The notes below the pieces were generated by a model. The model did no database searches. It was not told the DNA's origin and worked only from the letters and a program-made list of their open reading frames with translations. A stretch of 64,000 nt of DNA, taken from positions 2,144,001-2,208,000 of the forward strand of contig OZ220691.1 in NCBI GenBank assembly GCA_965116475.1, given 5' to 3'. The position numbers and the translations under genes are program-made. Within the stretch, counting starts at the first letter, position 1; each line of letters starts with the position of its first letter. Below, piece by piece: positions 18,422 to 27,927 of this stretch. Origin of the DNA: Gemmatimonadota bacterium. GTDB taxonomy: Bacteria > Gemmatimonadota > Gemmatimonadetes > Palauibacterales > Palauibacteraceae.

Positions 18422-19927
18422 CTATCCCTCCGTCCGCGCGAAGCGGAGGTTCCTGACCCGCCCGGCGTCGACCGTCATCGCCTCGTACCGGCTGGCGACG
18501 AGTTCGGAGAAGCGGAAGGTCGGCCCGTTCTCGGTCGTGAGCTGCCCGTCCGACTCGGCCACGAACGGGACCGGGTCCCGCCGTCCGACGTGCAGCGCGA
18601 GCCCTGAGGCGCCTTCCGCGACGATCCGATAGGTAGCGTCCAGCTCGGGGCTGTAGAAGGAGCCCGCGTACCGCGATCGATTCGGGATGTCGTGGTCGGG
18701 CGCAGCGCCGGGAGCGTCGTCTCCGGCTGCGGCCTCCGCGGCCTCCTCGGCGGCCTGCTCCTCCGCGGTCTCCGCATCCTCTCCGTCGTCATCTTCCGCG
18801 ACGTCGGCGGGCGGGTCCATCGCGTCTTCCAGGTAGATCTCGGCCGTGCTCGCGATGAGGGCCCCGGGATCGATGCGCGACCGGTTGCACAGGGCCACGA
18901 AGGAGTAGCCGGCGTCGGGATAGCGGGTCATTGCCGTTCGGTAGCCGACCCAGGAGCCGCCGTGCCCCACCGTGGCCAACCCCCGGTGCTCGCCGTGGGA
19001 GAGACCGAAGGCGTAGGGAATCGTGTCGCCGGAGGTGAGCACGCCCCGCTCATGCATGAGCGCCACCCACTCGGGCCCGCCGACGGTGCCCTCGGTGAGG
19101 TTGCGGTCCCACGCGGGCCACTCCTCCACCGACGTGTAGATGCCGCCGTCTCCGACCACGTCGAGCGTCGTCATGTTGATGCGGAAGCCGTCATCGGTGG
19201 GCGAATAGCCGGTCGCCCGGTCGGGCGCGACTTCGTTGTGGTCGTCGTGGAAGTGCGTGCGCGGCATGCCCAGAGGGTCGAAGAACTCGGTTCGGGCGAA
19301 CTCGCGCAAGCTCTGTCCCGAGACACTGGCCACGATCTCGGCGAGCAGGACATAGCCGGAGTTGCTGTACAGGTACTCGGAGCCCGGGGGAAAGTTGAGT
19401 TCGCGCTGCCGAGTGATCGCGTCGAGGATGTCCTGGTTCGTGATAAAGTCCTCGCTTCGGTTCCCCGCCAGGGTGAAGAGCCCGAGGTAGTCGCGCACGC
19501 CGGAGGTGTGGTGGATCAGGTGCCGAACGGTGGGCGGGTCGGCGTAGTCGGGGAATTCGGGGACGTAGTGCTGGACGGGGGCGTCCAGATCCACCTCTCC
19601 GCGGAGTGCGAGCAGGGCGACCGCGCCGGCCGTGAACTGCTTGGAGACCGACGCGATGCGGTAGATGGTCCCGGGGCCGTTCGGGATGCCGAAGTCGAGG
19701 TTGGCGGTGCCGTAGCCGGCGGCCTTGATCAGGCGGCCGTCCCGGATCACGCCCACCGAGCAGCCGGGCCCATCGGCGCTGGAGTAGTCGGCGAAGACGG
19801 CGTCGACCCGGGCGGCCATCCCGCCGTCGTCGTCGGGGGTGCACCCGGTGAGGGCGCCGGCCACGACCGCGACGATCGCGGCGCCGCCGATCCGGGAGGG
19901 GTCGTCGCTCCTCTGGCGCGCCCTCAT
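18422..19927 (-). CDS. Serine hydrolase (beta-lactamase/D-aminopeptidase-like) lipoprotein
   Basis: ASVSKQF, YSN, HGG; lipobox LTGC. Confidence 0.9.
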   Translation of the reverse strand: MRARQRSDDPSRIGGAAIVAVVAGALTGCTPDDDGGMAARVDAVFADYSSADGPGCSVGVIRDGRLIKAAGYGTANLDFGIPNGPGTIYRIASVSKQFTAGAVALLALRGEVDLDAPVQHYVPEFPDYADPPTVRHLIHHTSGVRDYLGLFTLAGNRSEDFITNQDILDAITRQRELNFPPGSEYLYSNSGYVLLAEIVASVSGQSLREFARTEFFDPLGMPRTHFHDDHNEVAPDRATGYSPTDDGFRINMTTLDVVGDGGIYTSVEEWPAWDRNLTEGTVGGPEWVALMHERGVLTSGDTIPYAFGLSHGEHRGLATVGHGGSWVGYRTAMTRYPDAGYSFVALCNRSRIDPGALIASTAEIYLEDAMDPPADVAEDDDGEDAETAEEQAAEEAAEAAAGDDAPGAAPDHDIPNRSRYAGSFYSPELDATYRIVAEGASGLALHVGRRDPVPFVAESDGQLTTENGPTFRFSELVASRYEAMTVDAGRVRNLRFARTEG

Positions 19928-20544
19928 GACCGCGTCCTCGGCCACAGGCTGAACGGTTCGCGGGCGAACACGCGGCGGACCATCGGCTCGAAGAACTCCA
20001 GCGGCAGCGACTCGTAGTCGGGATCGAACGAGGACTGGTCCCAGCGGTGGCAGAAGTCGACGGCGGCCTGGTACCAGGGGTGGTCGCGGTATCTGTCGCG
20101 CGCGTTGCGGTCGCGGCCCAGGTGGTGGGCGTAGTAGATGAGCTGGAAGAGGCCGTGGTGCCGGACGATCCAGTGCGTGCGCTCGGTGACGAACGGGCGC
20201 AGGAGGAGGGCGGCCAGCTCGCCGTGGCTGTGCGGGGCCAGCAGATCGTCGATGTCGTGGAGCAGCGCCGCCACGACCATCTCCTCGTCGGCGCCGTCGC
20301 GGTGGGCGCGGGTCGCGCTCTGCAGGGAATGTTCCAGCCGGTCGACCTGGTAGCCGCCGACCGAGCCGGAGAGCTGGCGGAGGTGCGCCAGGATGCGATC
20401 GGCGGTGTCGGCGGCGAACTCGTCCTCGAGGCGCGAGAGGAGTTCGTAGTCCTCGCGGGTGCCGTCCTCCATGCGGGTGAAGCTCACGACGGGGCCGCTC
20501 GGCTCCGTGCCGGCTGCTGCGCTCGGCGTCGCCTTGGGGGGCAT
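19924..20544 (-). CDS. HD-domain protein, PhnZ/TmpB-like
   Basis: LEHSLQSATRA...VAALLHD...H...HH...WD. Confidence 0.8.
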   Translation of the reverse strand: MPPKATPSAAAGTEPSGPVVSFTRMEDGTREDYELLSRLEDEFAADTADRILAHLRQLSGSVGGYQVDRLEHSLQSATRAHRDGADEEMVVAALLHDIDDLLAPHSHGELAALLLRPFVTERTHWIVRHHGLFQLIYYAHHLGRDRNARDRYRDHPWYQAAVDFCHRWDQSSFDPDYESLPLEFFEPMVRRVFAREPFSLWPRTRS

Positions 20545-20688
20545 GGCCGTCACTCTCCGATGAAGGCTGAATCGAGGGCGCTTCCGGGCTCCTCTCCAAG
20601 CAGCGTCGGTGGACGCGAAGGGCCTTGTCAAGCGCGCTCCGTGCCCGACATGCTTCGGGTCGGTCACGGCAGACGGAGGGGATCGACC

Positions 20689-21804
20689 ATGACTCACTCG
20701 ATCAGCAGCCTCGTGCAGAAAGGCGACGCCCTGACGGCGGTCTGGAGCGACGGCGCACGCACCGATCTCCCCTACCTCTGGCTGCGCGACAACTGCGGCT
20801 GCGGCGAGTGTTGCGTGGAGCAGACCACGGAGAAGCGGTTCCACGTCTTCCGCGTCCCCAGCGACCTGAGACCGGCCACGGTCGATATCGAAGGCGCCGG
20901 GTCCGACGACGAGGCGATCTCCATCGCCTGGCCGGACGGCCACCGCACGCGCCACCGGTCGAGCGACCTCCTTGGCCTCCTGAGCCGGCCTCGGCTCGAG
21001 TTGCGATACTGGGACGGCGCGTTCCAGCCGCGGAGGTTCGACTACCAGCGGTTCCTGGCGGACGACCGCGCGGCGGCGGAACTGATCGAGGAGTTTCTAC
21101 GCACCGGGGTCTGCGTGCTGGTCGACGCCCCCACCGAACCCGATTCGCTGGAGGAACTCGCGCCCCGCCTGGGTCCGGTCCGGGAGGTCCTGTTCGAGCG
21201 CATCCACAACGTCAAGCTCGATCCGAAGGGATACAACATCGCGCACACGGCGCTGGCCGTCGGAGCGCACAACGACTTCACCAGCTACACCTGGCCCCCG
21301 AGCGTGCAGGCGCTGCACATGCTGGTGAACGAGTGCGAGGGCGGCGCGTCGACGGTCGTGGACGGCTTCGGCCTGCTGGAGGCGCTGCGCCGCGAGCACC
21401 CCGACAAGTTCGACGCGCTGTGCTCGGTGCCGGTGCCGTTCCGGATCTTCAGCGACGAGTACGAGTGCTACGCGGCCAACCCCATGGTCGATGTGGACAG
21501 CGACGGGGAGATCACGATGATCCGCTTCAACACGGCGCAGATGCAGGCCGTGCCCCTGTCGGAGCCCCGGCTGGGCGAGTTCTACGCCGCCTACCACGAA
21601 CTGTCGAGCCGCGTCAACGACCCCCGCGCCCAGGTGACCTTCCGGCTGGAGGGCGGGATGATCCTGCTGTGCGCCGGACACCGCGTCCTCCACGGCCGCA
21701 CCGAGATGGTATCGTCCGGGCCGCGCCACCTGCAGGACGCCTACTTCGAACACGACAACGTCCGCACCCATCTCAGGCTGCTCCGCCGCACCGGCCGCGC
21801 CTGA
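20689..21804 (+). CDS. Fe(II)/2OG dioxygenase, gamma-butyrobetaine hydroxylase-like (DUF971 + TauD)
   Basis: WLRDNCGCGEC...WPDGH N-terminal domain; HxD (HND); HRVLHGR. Confidence 0.9.
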   Translation: MTHSISSLVQKGDALTAVWSDGARTDLPYLWLRDNCGCGECCVEQTTEKRFHVFRVPSDLRPATVDIEGAGSDDEAISIAWPDGHRTRHRSSDLLGLLSRPRLELRYWDGAFQPRRFDYQRFLADDRAAAELIEEFLRTGVCVLVDAPTEPDSLEELAPRLGPVREVLFERIHNVKLDPKGYNIAHTALAVGAHNDFTSYTWPPSVQALHMLVNECEGGASTVVDGFGLLEALRREHPDKFDALCSVPVPFRIFSDEYECYAANPMVDVDSDGEITMIRFNTAQMQAVPLSEPRLGEFYAAYHELSSRVNDPRAQVTFRLEGGMILLCAGHRVLHGRTEMVSSGPRHLQDAYFEHDNVRTHLRLLRRTGRA

Positions 21805-21925
21805 GGCTCCGGACCCTCCGCGGCCGCGGCGAATCCAGGGAGGCCCGTTACACGTACGCCAGGCTGCGGATCGGAATGGCAGCTTACAGCCAGGAAGCGG
21901 TGGCACACCGGATGGAGGTGGACAC

Positions 21926-22441
21926 GTGTCGGAACTGTCGGGCTGGCTTCGGGCACTGGGCGTAGACGGCCTTCAGAGCATCTTGACGAAAATCGACGAG
22001 CGAGGAGGGGAACCGTTCGCGGAAGAACTCGACGCGGATGGAGACGTGCGCGTGGAAGGACAGCGCACGAGCGATGAACTGATGGCGAAGTTCGTCGCCG
22101 CCGGGGACGAAGGGCTCTCGACGCGGATCTTCCAGGCGACGGCGGACCGACCGGAGGGGTATCCGGATGACCTGCCGTTTCTCTCACTGACGACAATGAT
22201 GACTTGCCTTGCGTCGGTAGGTGTTCGTCAACCCGGAGTGCGGGTCGCCATTTGGACCGGCGAACGGAATGCAGTCGAAACCCTGAAGGCAGTAGTGACC
22301 GAGAGCGCGAAGATTGGCTGGGCAGTGGCATCGCAAAGCGGTCTCGTGACGCGCATGGTCTCGGGAGACCGTGAGCGAATAGTGTCGTATCTGCCGGCGG
22401 GAGCGGGGACGCCTGCCGTCATGCTCTTCGAGCGGACCTAG
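21926..22441 (+). CDS. Hypothetical protein
   Basis: GGAGG RBS plus GTG; lower GC; no recognisable motif. Confidence 0.55.
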   Translation: MSELSGWLRALGVDGLQSILTKIDERGGEPFAEELDADGDVRVEGQRTSDELMAKFVAAGDEGLSTRIFQATADRPEGYPDDLPFLSLTTMMTCLASVGVRQPGVRVAIWTGERNAVETLKAVVTESAKIGWAVASQSGLVTRMVSGDRERIVSYLPAGAGTPAVMLFERT

Positions 22442-22468
22442 GCTCTGCTGCGAGGTCCAACCACACGG

Positions 22469-22510
22469 GAGCCTCTCCAACACGCCGGACGCCTTGCTCC
22501 GTGGGATCAT
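22469..22510 (-). pseudogene. Possible N-terminal stub of a third AAA+DUF4143 ATPase
   Basis: MIPRSKASGVLERL resembles the family N-terminus and is preceded by a TGCA-armed palindrome; no Walker A follows. Confidence 0.4.
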
Positions 22511-22518
22511 TCGCGTCG

Positions 22519-22561
22519 TAACCATGCAAATCCAACATCTGATGTAAGATCTGCATGGTTA
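22519..22561. promoter_or_regulatory. 43-bp imperfect palindrome (operator-like)
   Basis: TAACCATGCA...ACATC-T-GATGT...TGCATGGTTA. Confidence 0.65.
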
Positions 22562-22627
22562 TTTCACTCCGGCACGCAAGGAGATCGAGGCCCCTGAGTC
22601 GAGGCCGCAGACGCGGGACTGATCCGG

Positions 22628-23659
22628 TCAGGCTCCCGAGCGCGGCGGCTTGCGGGCCAGGAAGAAGAACATCGGAGTGAAGATCCCGGCCTTGCCACCC
22701 GCGACCAGTGCGTCCGCTGTCCGGTTCAACATTGAGCTCACTGCGGCGGTACCCTCCGGAAACGCTCTCAACCTCTCGCCGACTGTCAGCACCAGATTCG
22801 TCAGCGCGCGGCCAACGGGTGTCCGCGGAATGCTCCTGAGGTTGAGGTCGCGACCCTGCAGAGCGCGGTACCAGGGCGTTGTCGGGTCCGCCGCGGGGGC
22901 GCGATCATGGGATTCGACGAGTTCGAATCCCGCCGTGCGCAGCGCGATGTCTATCTCCGAAGAGCGCGCGACATCCGGCAGCGCATCGCCCGCCACGATG
23001 TCCTGCTTGATCCGCACGTGTTCGGCGTCCCGTGGATCGAAGTCCTCGGTGAGGCACCAGTCGTAGCCCGCGATGCAGGCCCCCCGACGCAGGACGCGGA
23101 AGATCTCCCGGAACGCCGCCGTCTTGTCCGGTGCGTGCGGCATGGACTCGATGGCGATGGCGGCATCGTATCGGTCCTCGCTCTCGGGTATCTGCATGTA
23201 GTCGCCGTGGATAAAGCGGCACAGAGATTCGACATCCCGGGTGTGTTCCTTCGCGCGCTCAATCTGGTAGGCGTTGTTGTTGATGCCTACGAAGCTCGCC
23301 CCGGAATAGCGGGCCAGGGCGCCCATCGGTCCCCCGACTCCGCATCCGACATCGAGCACCCGCATCCCCGGTGCAAGGGACAGGTGATCGGCGAGAAAGT
23401 GCTGATGCCTGAGCAGCGACGTTTTGAAGCTCTCGCCCCGGCGCCGGGGAGCGAAGTGAAAGGACCGCCCCCAGCCGAACTCGTAGAAATCCGTGACCAG
23501 GTCGTAGTAGTGATTGACGAACTCCCGATAACGCTCTCGTCTGCCCTCCACACCGGCATCGTGGATGCCGGTGTATTGCTCGACCACCGACTTCACTTCG
23601 TCCGGGGCGAGGTCGCCGAGAGATCGAGCGTCCGATTGCTTTGCGGGTGTAGGGGTCAC
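22628..23659 (-). CDS. Sterol C24-methyltransferase (ERG6/SMT1-like)
   Basis: YYDLVTDFYEFGWGRSFHFA, LDVGCGVGGP, IESMPHAP, GIFTPMFFFLARKP; start GTG 23659 or ATG 23740. Confidence 0.92.
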   Translation of the reverse strand: MTPTPAKQSDARSLGDLAPDEVKSVVEQYTGIHDAGVEGRRERYREFVNHYYDLVTDFYEFGWGRSFHFAPRRRGESFKTSLLRHQHFLADHLSLAPGMRVLDVGCGVGGPMGALARYSGASFVGINNNAYQIERAKEHTRDVESLCRFIHGDYMQIPESEDRYDAAIAIESMPHAPDKTAAFREIFRVLRRGACIAGYDWCLTEDFDPRDAEHVRIKQDIVAGDALPDVARSSEIDIALRTAGFELVESHDRAPAADPTTPWYRALQGRDLNLRSIPRTPVGRALTNLVLTVGERLRAFPEGTAAVSSMLNRTADALVAGGKAGIFTPMFFFLARKPPRSGA

Positions 23660-23803
23660 CCAATTCGTCCCGTTGAGTTCACAGGGTTGCCCTGAGAGTC
23701 GCGCGGGAAGGAACACCGATGCGCCGACGTCCGCAAGCATCGTTGCCGTTCCTGCGGTTAGATTGCTGTCGAATCTGCCGCTGGACCGATTGAAGGAGGG
23801 CTC

Positions 23804-24742
23804 ATGACGACCCCGAGCGATAAGACGCGCCGCGACTTCCTGATTCGTCTGGCGGGTGCCGGAGCCGTGCTGGCGGCCCCGCGCGGCGTGTTCGGGAACG
23901 CGCTATCGGGCCAGGACGCGCTTCCCACCCGCTCCATCCCGGGAACCGAGGAGACGCTGCCCATCGTCGGCTTCGGATCGTCGAAGCCCGTGCTGGAGAT
24001 CCCGACCGAGGGGACGGAGCCCGTGGCTGGCGTGATCCGCGTGCTCCTCGAACACGGCGGGCGGGTTGTCGATACCTCGCCGCGCACGCCGGAGATCGAC
24101 GCGGAGTTCGGCACCGTCCTGACGGCGCCGGAGTTCAGCGGCCGCCTCTTCATCGCGACGAAGATCAACACGGAGGGGGAGGCGTCGGGCATCGAGCAGA
24201 TGCGGCAGAACCAGCGGCTTGTCGGAAACCGCACCCTGGATCTGCTCGAGGTCGAGAGCATGCGCGATCTGGACGTACACTGGCCCAACGTGCTCCGCTG
24301 GAAGGACTCGGGCGAGGCGCGCTACATCGGCGTCACCACCTCCAGCATCCCTCAGCACGAGGCGTTCGAGTCGTTCATGCGGACGCAGCCCCTCGACTTC
24401 GTCCAGGTCAACTACTCGGTGATGGAACCCAACGCGGAGGATCGCCTCCTGCCGCTCGCTCAGGATCTCGGGCTGGCCGTCCTCATCAACCGCCCGTTCA
24501 TGAACGGCAGCTACTTCGGCCGCGTGAGCGGGCGCGACCTGCCCGAATGGGCGGCCGAGTTCGACTGCGCGAGCTGGGCGCAGTTTTCCCTCAAGTACAT
24601 CCTCGCGCACCCCGCCGTGACGTGCGCCCTCACGGAAACGACGAATCCGGGCCACATGGCGGAGAACATCGGCGCCGCCTTCGGCCGCCTCCCGGACGCG
24701 GCGACGAAGCGCCGCATGCGCGAACTCGTCCGGGACTTCTGA
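23804..24742 (+). CDS. Aldo/keto reductase with Tat signal
   Basis: TRRDFL; DTSP, FIATK, RYIGVT, QVNYS, INRPF. Confidence 0.88.
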   Translation: MTTPSDKTRRDFLIRLAGAGAVLAAPRGVFGNALSGQDALPTRSIPGTEETLPIVGFGSSKPVLEIPTEGTEPVAGVIRVLLEHGGRVVDTSPRTPEIDAEFGTVLTAPEFSGRLFIATKINTEGEASGIEQMRQNQRLVGNRTLDLLEVESMRDLDVHWPNVLRWKDSGEARYIGVTTSSIPQHEAFESFMRTQPLDFVQVNYSVMEPNAEDRLLPLAQDLGLAVLINRPFMNGSYFGRVSGRDLPEWAAEFDCASWAQFSLKYILAHPAVTCALTETTNPGHMAENIGAAFGRLPDAATKRRMRELVRDF

Positions 24743-24780
24743 ACTCCGGATCCGCGCCCGGACGTTCCCGCGGGAACGTC

Positions 24781-25758
24781 CTACTCCGCAGCGTCCTGTT
24801 CGTCGACGCTGACCTCTCCCTCGCAGAGAATCAGCTCGTCGTCGATCCAGACCGTAGGGATGCGGTTGACGGCGTCGAAGTGGGTCTTGGCGGAGACGGT
24901 GCCGCCGAGGTTGGCGGAGGTGCCGATGCCGATGTGGACGGTGCCGTTCACGCCCTCGTCGTTGAGCATCTCGCCGGTGAAGTCGGTGCAGGCCGGGTTC
25001 AGGCCGAAGGCGAACTGGGCCAGGTTGTAGACCCAGGGGTCGTCCTGCCGGGCGAGGAGGTCCGCGAGGAATTCGGCCTGGCCGCCGCCCTCGATATCGG
25101 TGACGAAGCCTTTCGAGATTCGGAAGGTCACGGGTTCACGGATCGGGCCCACGCCGTAGTAGGGGATGCTCCCGTCGCAGACGAACACGCCCTCGGCGGT
25201 GCCCTGCGCGGGGGCGCAGTTCGCCTCGATGTTGGGGACGGCGGTGAAGCCGCGGCCGTCCAGCAGGCAGGCGTGGCTGTTGCCGGTCACGTCCGCGAGG
25301 CTCATGGCGAGGTCGGTGCCGGCGGGGTTCGTCACCCTCAGGCGCTCGCCCGCGGTGAGTTTCGCCGCGATGGCGTCGCACAGCGGTTTGCGTGCCCGAA
25401 AGTCCGTGAACAGCCCGCCCTCGCGCATCATCCGCTCGGTGAACGCGGTCATGGAGAGCACTCGGGCTCCGGCGCCTATGGCCTCGCGCACCGCGCGGGT
25501 GTGGGCCAGCGCCAGCGTCACGGGCAGGAAGGCCACGTCCGCGGCGGAGAGCGCCGCGGCCACGGCCGGTCCCGGCTCCTCGTTGTCGATCGCCCGCTCG
25601 GGCGGCGTCACGATGCTCGGCGTGGCTCCGGCCTCAAGCGCCGCGTCGGCTACGGCCCGGGCGATCGACAGCCGTTCCGGATCCGTGACGATGACCACGT
25701 CCTCGGCGGGCCGTACGTTGGCGCAGGTCCGCACCAGGATCTCCGCACCTCGTCTCAT
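24781..25758 (-). CDS. Aminopeptidase T/M29-like metalloprotein (copy 2)
   Basis: GTDL, P.IEA..AP, GLNP, DEG..GTVHIGIG, THFD. Confidence 0.82.
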   Translation of the reverse strand: MRRGAEILVRTCANVRPAEDVVIVTDPERLSIARAVADAALEAGATPSIVTPPERAIDNEEPGPAVAAALSAADVAFLPVTLALAHTRAVREAIGAGARVLSMTAFTERMMREGGLFTDFRARKPLCDAIAAKLTAGERLRVTNPAGTDLAMSLADVTGNSHACLLDGRGFTAVPNIEANCAPAQGTAEGVFVCDGSIPYYGVGPIREPVTFRISKGFVTDIEGGGQAEFLADLLARQDDPWVYNLAQFAFGLNPACTDFTGEMLNDEGVNGTVHIGIGTSANLGGTVSAKTHFDAVNRIPTVWIDDELILCEGEVSVDEQDAAE

Positions 25759-26732
25759 ACCAGAACCTGCTTGTCGCGCTGCACGACGCGGCCGTCGACG
25801 GCGATCGTCGGCTCCCACATGAGCAGGTCGTAGTGGGTCGGGGCCACGATCTCGCCTCCGAGGGTGTGGCTGGTGCCGATGCCGATGTGGATCGTGCCCA
25901 TGACGCCCTCGTCCTCGAGCATTTCTCCGGTGAGGCGGGCGTTCGGGTTCAAGCCGACGCCCAGTTCGGCGACGTTGAAGCAGTGGGGGTTCCCGAAGGA
26001 GTTCAGGTGCTCGCGCAGGAAGTCGGCCTGAGGTCCGCCGGCCATTTCCACGATGGCGCCGCCGCGCACGGAGCAGACGATGGGTTCCTCCAGGATGCCG
26101 ATACCGAGGTAGGGGACCGAGGCGTCAAAGATGAGCGTGCCCTCGGCCGAACCCGTCACCGGCACGACATTGACCTCGATGTCGGGGACAGGAGCCAGTT
26201 CTCCGGGTTCTGGAACGTTCGTCAGGATGTTCGTGACGCGGCCCTCGATCCCGAAGCGGAGATCGGTGCCCCGCGGGGACGTGAGGTGAACCGACTCCCC
26301 CTCGGTGAACGCCGCACCCAAGCGCCGGCAGACATCGGCCTGCGCCTCGAAGTCCGTCTCGAGCAGAGCGGGGCTGGTCATGATCGCGTCGGTGTAGGCC
26401 GTCATCATGCAGACGCGCGCGCCGGCTTCCATGGCGGTCCGCATCGCCCGCGTGTGGGTGATCGAGATGCGCACGGGGGAGAAGATCACGGCCGCCTCGG
26501 CCATGGCGCGGGCGACCGGCGGGGGTGGCTCCTGCCCGTCCTGGTCTCGCATCGGGATGATGCACTCGGTCACGGCGGCCCCGGCCTCGCGGGCGGCCGC
26601 TGCCACGGCATCCGCGTACCGCCGCATCGTCGGGTCGGTCACGATCACGACGGCTTCGCCCGGCTGGACGCGGCCGTTGACCTGCACGAGACGCCGCGCT
26701 CCGGGCGAGAGATCCACGCCCGCCTCAGCCAC
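25755..26732 (-). CDS. Aminopeptidase T/M29-like metalloprotein (copy 1)
   Basis: GTDL, PDIEV, AELGVGLNP, EDEG..GTIHIGIG, THYD. Confidence 0.85.
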   Translation of the reverse strand: MAEAGVDLSPGARRLVQVNGRVQPGEAVVIVTDPTMRRYADAVAAAAREAGAAVTECIIPMRDQDGQEPPPPVARAMAEAAVIFSPVRISITHTRAMRTAMEAGARVCMMTAYTDAIMTSPALLETDFEAQADVCRRLGAAFTEGESVHLTSPRGTDLRFGIEGRVTNILTNVPEPGELAPVPDIEVNVVPVTGSAEGTLIFDASVPYLGIGILEEPIVCSVRGGAIVEMAGGPQADFLREHLNSFGNPHCFNVAELGVGLNPNARLTGEMLEDEGVMGTIHIGIGTSHTLGGEIVAPTHYDLLMWEPTIAVDGRVVQRDKQVLV

Positions 26733-27927
26733 GGTCCCTCGCGAAGAACTCGTCGAATCGACCGTCGAAGATGATCGCGGTGTAGCCGTCTCCGGTCGTG
26801 TTCGTCGCGGTGCGCAACATGTCCGGGATGCCGCCGGAGAGCGCGATCCAACTCGCGATGAACTCGCCCTGCGCCTGGCCCTCGAGCCCCAGCATGCTCG
26901 CGAACAGCGTCGCGCTCCACAGCGCCGTCCCCATGCCGGCCGGGAGCCCGGGAGCGGCGATCGTGAACAGGACGACGGCGGGCCAGGCGGCGAGCATCAT
27001 CATCCAACTGAGTTCCAGGCCGAACACATGGGTGACGACGAAAGGCCCGTACGCGACGTAGGCCAGCGCGCTCGCGTCCAGGTTCGCGACGGCGCCGAAC
27101 GGGAGGACGAAGTCCGCCACCTCGTCACGGACGCCGACCTTCTTCGCGTTGGCGAGGTTGACGGGGAGCGTGGCCAGCGACGAGCACGTGCCCGCGGCGA
27201 AGACCGCGGTGGGCGCATAGTAGTCCCTCAGAACGGGCCCCACGGGCCGGTGTCCCACTCTCCGCACGAGCACGAACGTGTAGAACGTCCACCAGACCAG
27301 GACGAGCGCGCCGGTATAGGCGGCCATCGTCAGATAGTGGGAGAGCCCCAGGCTCGCGCCGAAGCGCACGCCCAGGGTGACGCCGAAGGCGAGGATGAGC
27401 GGGAGCATGACGTAGGCCAGCCTGCCGCCCGCCTGCTCGATCGAGTCGGCGGTTCGCCGGAGCACGCGGTAGGTCGGATCGTGCCGGGCGCCGAAGGCTC
27501 CGAGCAGAACTCCGGCGAGGATCGCGAGCAGCGGCCACGAGGCACCGCCATCTCCGAGGCTCCGCAGCATGGCGGCGGCTTCGGTCCACACCCCACGGTC
27601 CCCCGTTGCCAGCGGGATGCGGAAGATCGTGGCGGAGGTCACGACGGCGATGAGCCCGGCGACGGTCGACGTGAAGACGTACCACAGGACGACCGCGCCC
27701 GCGAAGCGTCCGGCGAGCCCGCGGCGCACCAGCGTCGCGATGGCCGGACTGAGGGCCGCCAGAATGAGCAGCGGTACGACCGCGACCACCCAGGCGATGA
27801 GCGTCGCCGTGGCATCGGCCACCGGCGCGAGCGGCCCCGGGAAGACCCCGCCCGCGGCCAGACCCGCCACCAGCGCCAGGATCGTCCACACATACGCGGG
27901 GACTCTGGTCAGGATCTTCGCAGCCAT
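26725..27927 (-). CDS. Dicarboxylate/amino acid:cation symporter (DAACS)
   Basis: TCSSLATLP, FVLPFGAVANLD, DMLRTATNTTGD. Confidence 0.9.
   Translation of the reverse strand: MAAKILTRVPAYVWTILALVAGLAAGGVFPGPLAPVADATATLIAWVVAVVPLLILAALSPAIATLVRRGLAGRFAGAVVLWYVFTSTVAGLIAVVTSATIFRIPLATGDRGVWTEAAAMLRSLGDGGASWPLLAILAGVLLGAFGARHDPTYRVLRRTADSIEQAGGRLAYVMLPLILAFGVTLGVRFGASLGLSHYLTMAAYTGALVLVWWTFYTFVLVRRVGHRPVGPVLRDYYAPTAVFAAGTCSSLATLPVNLANAKKVGVRDEVADFVLPFGAVANLDASALAYVAYGPFVVTHVFGLELSWMMMLAAWPAVVLFTIAAPGLPAGMGTALWSATLFASMLGLEGQAQGEFIASWIALSGGIPDMLRTATNTTGDGYTAIIFDGRFDEFFARDRG

Noticed and set aside
21797..22636. AGGCTCC and GC(G/C)CCTGAG repeats as cassette boundaries
   Set aside because: Short, GC-rich, with several alternative pairings; cannot be distinguished from chance.
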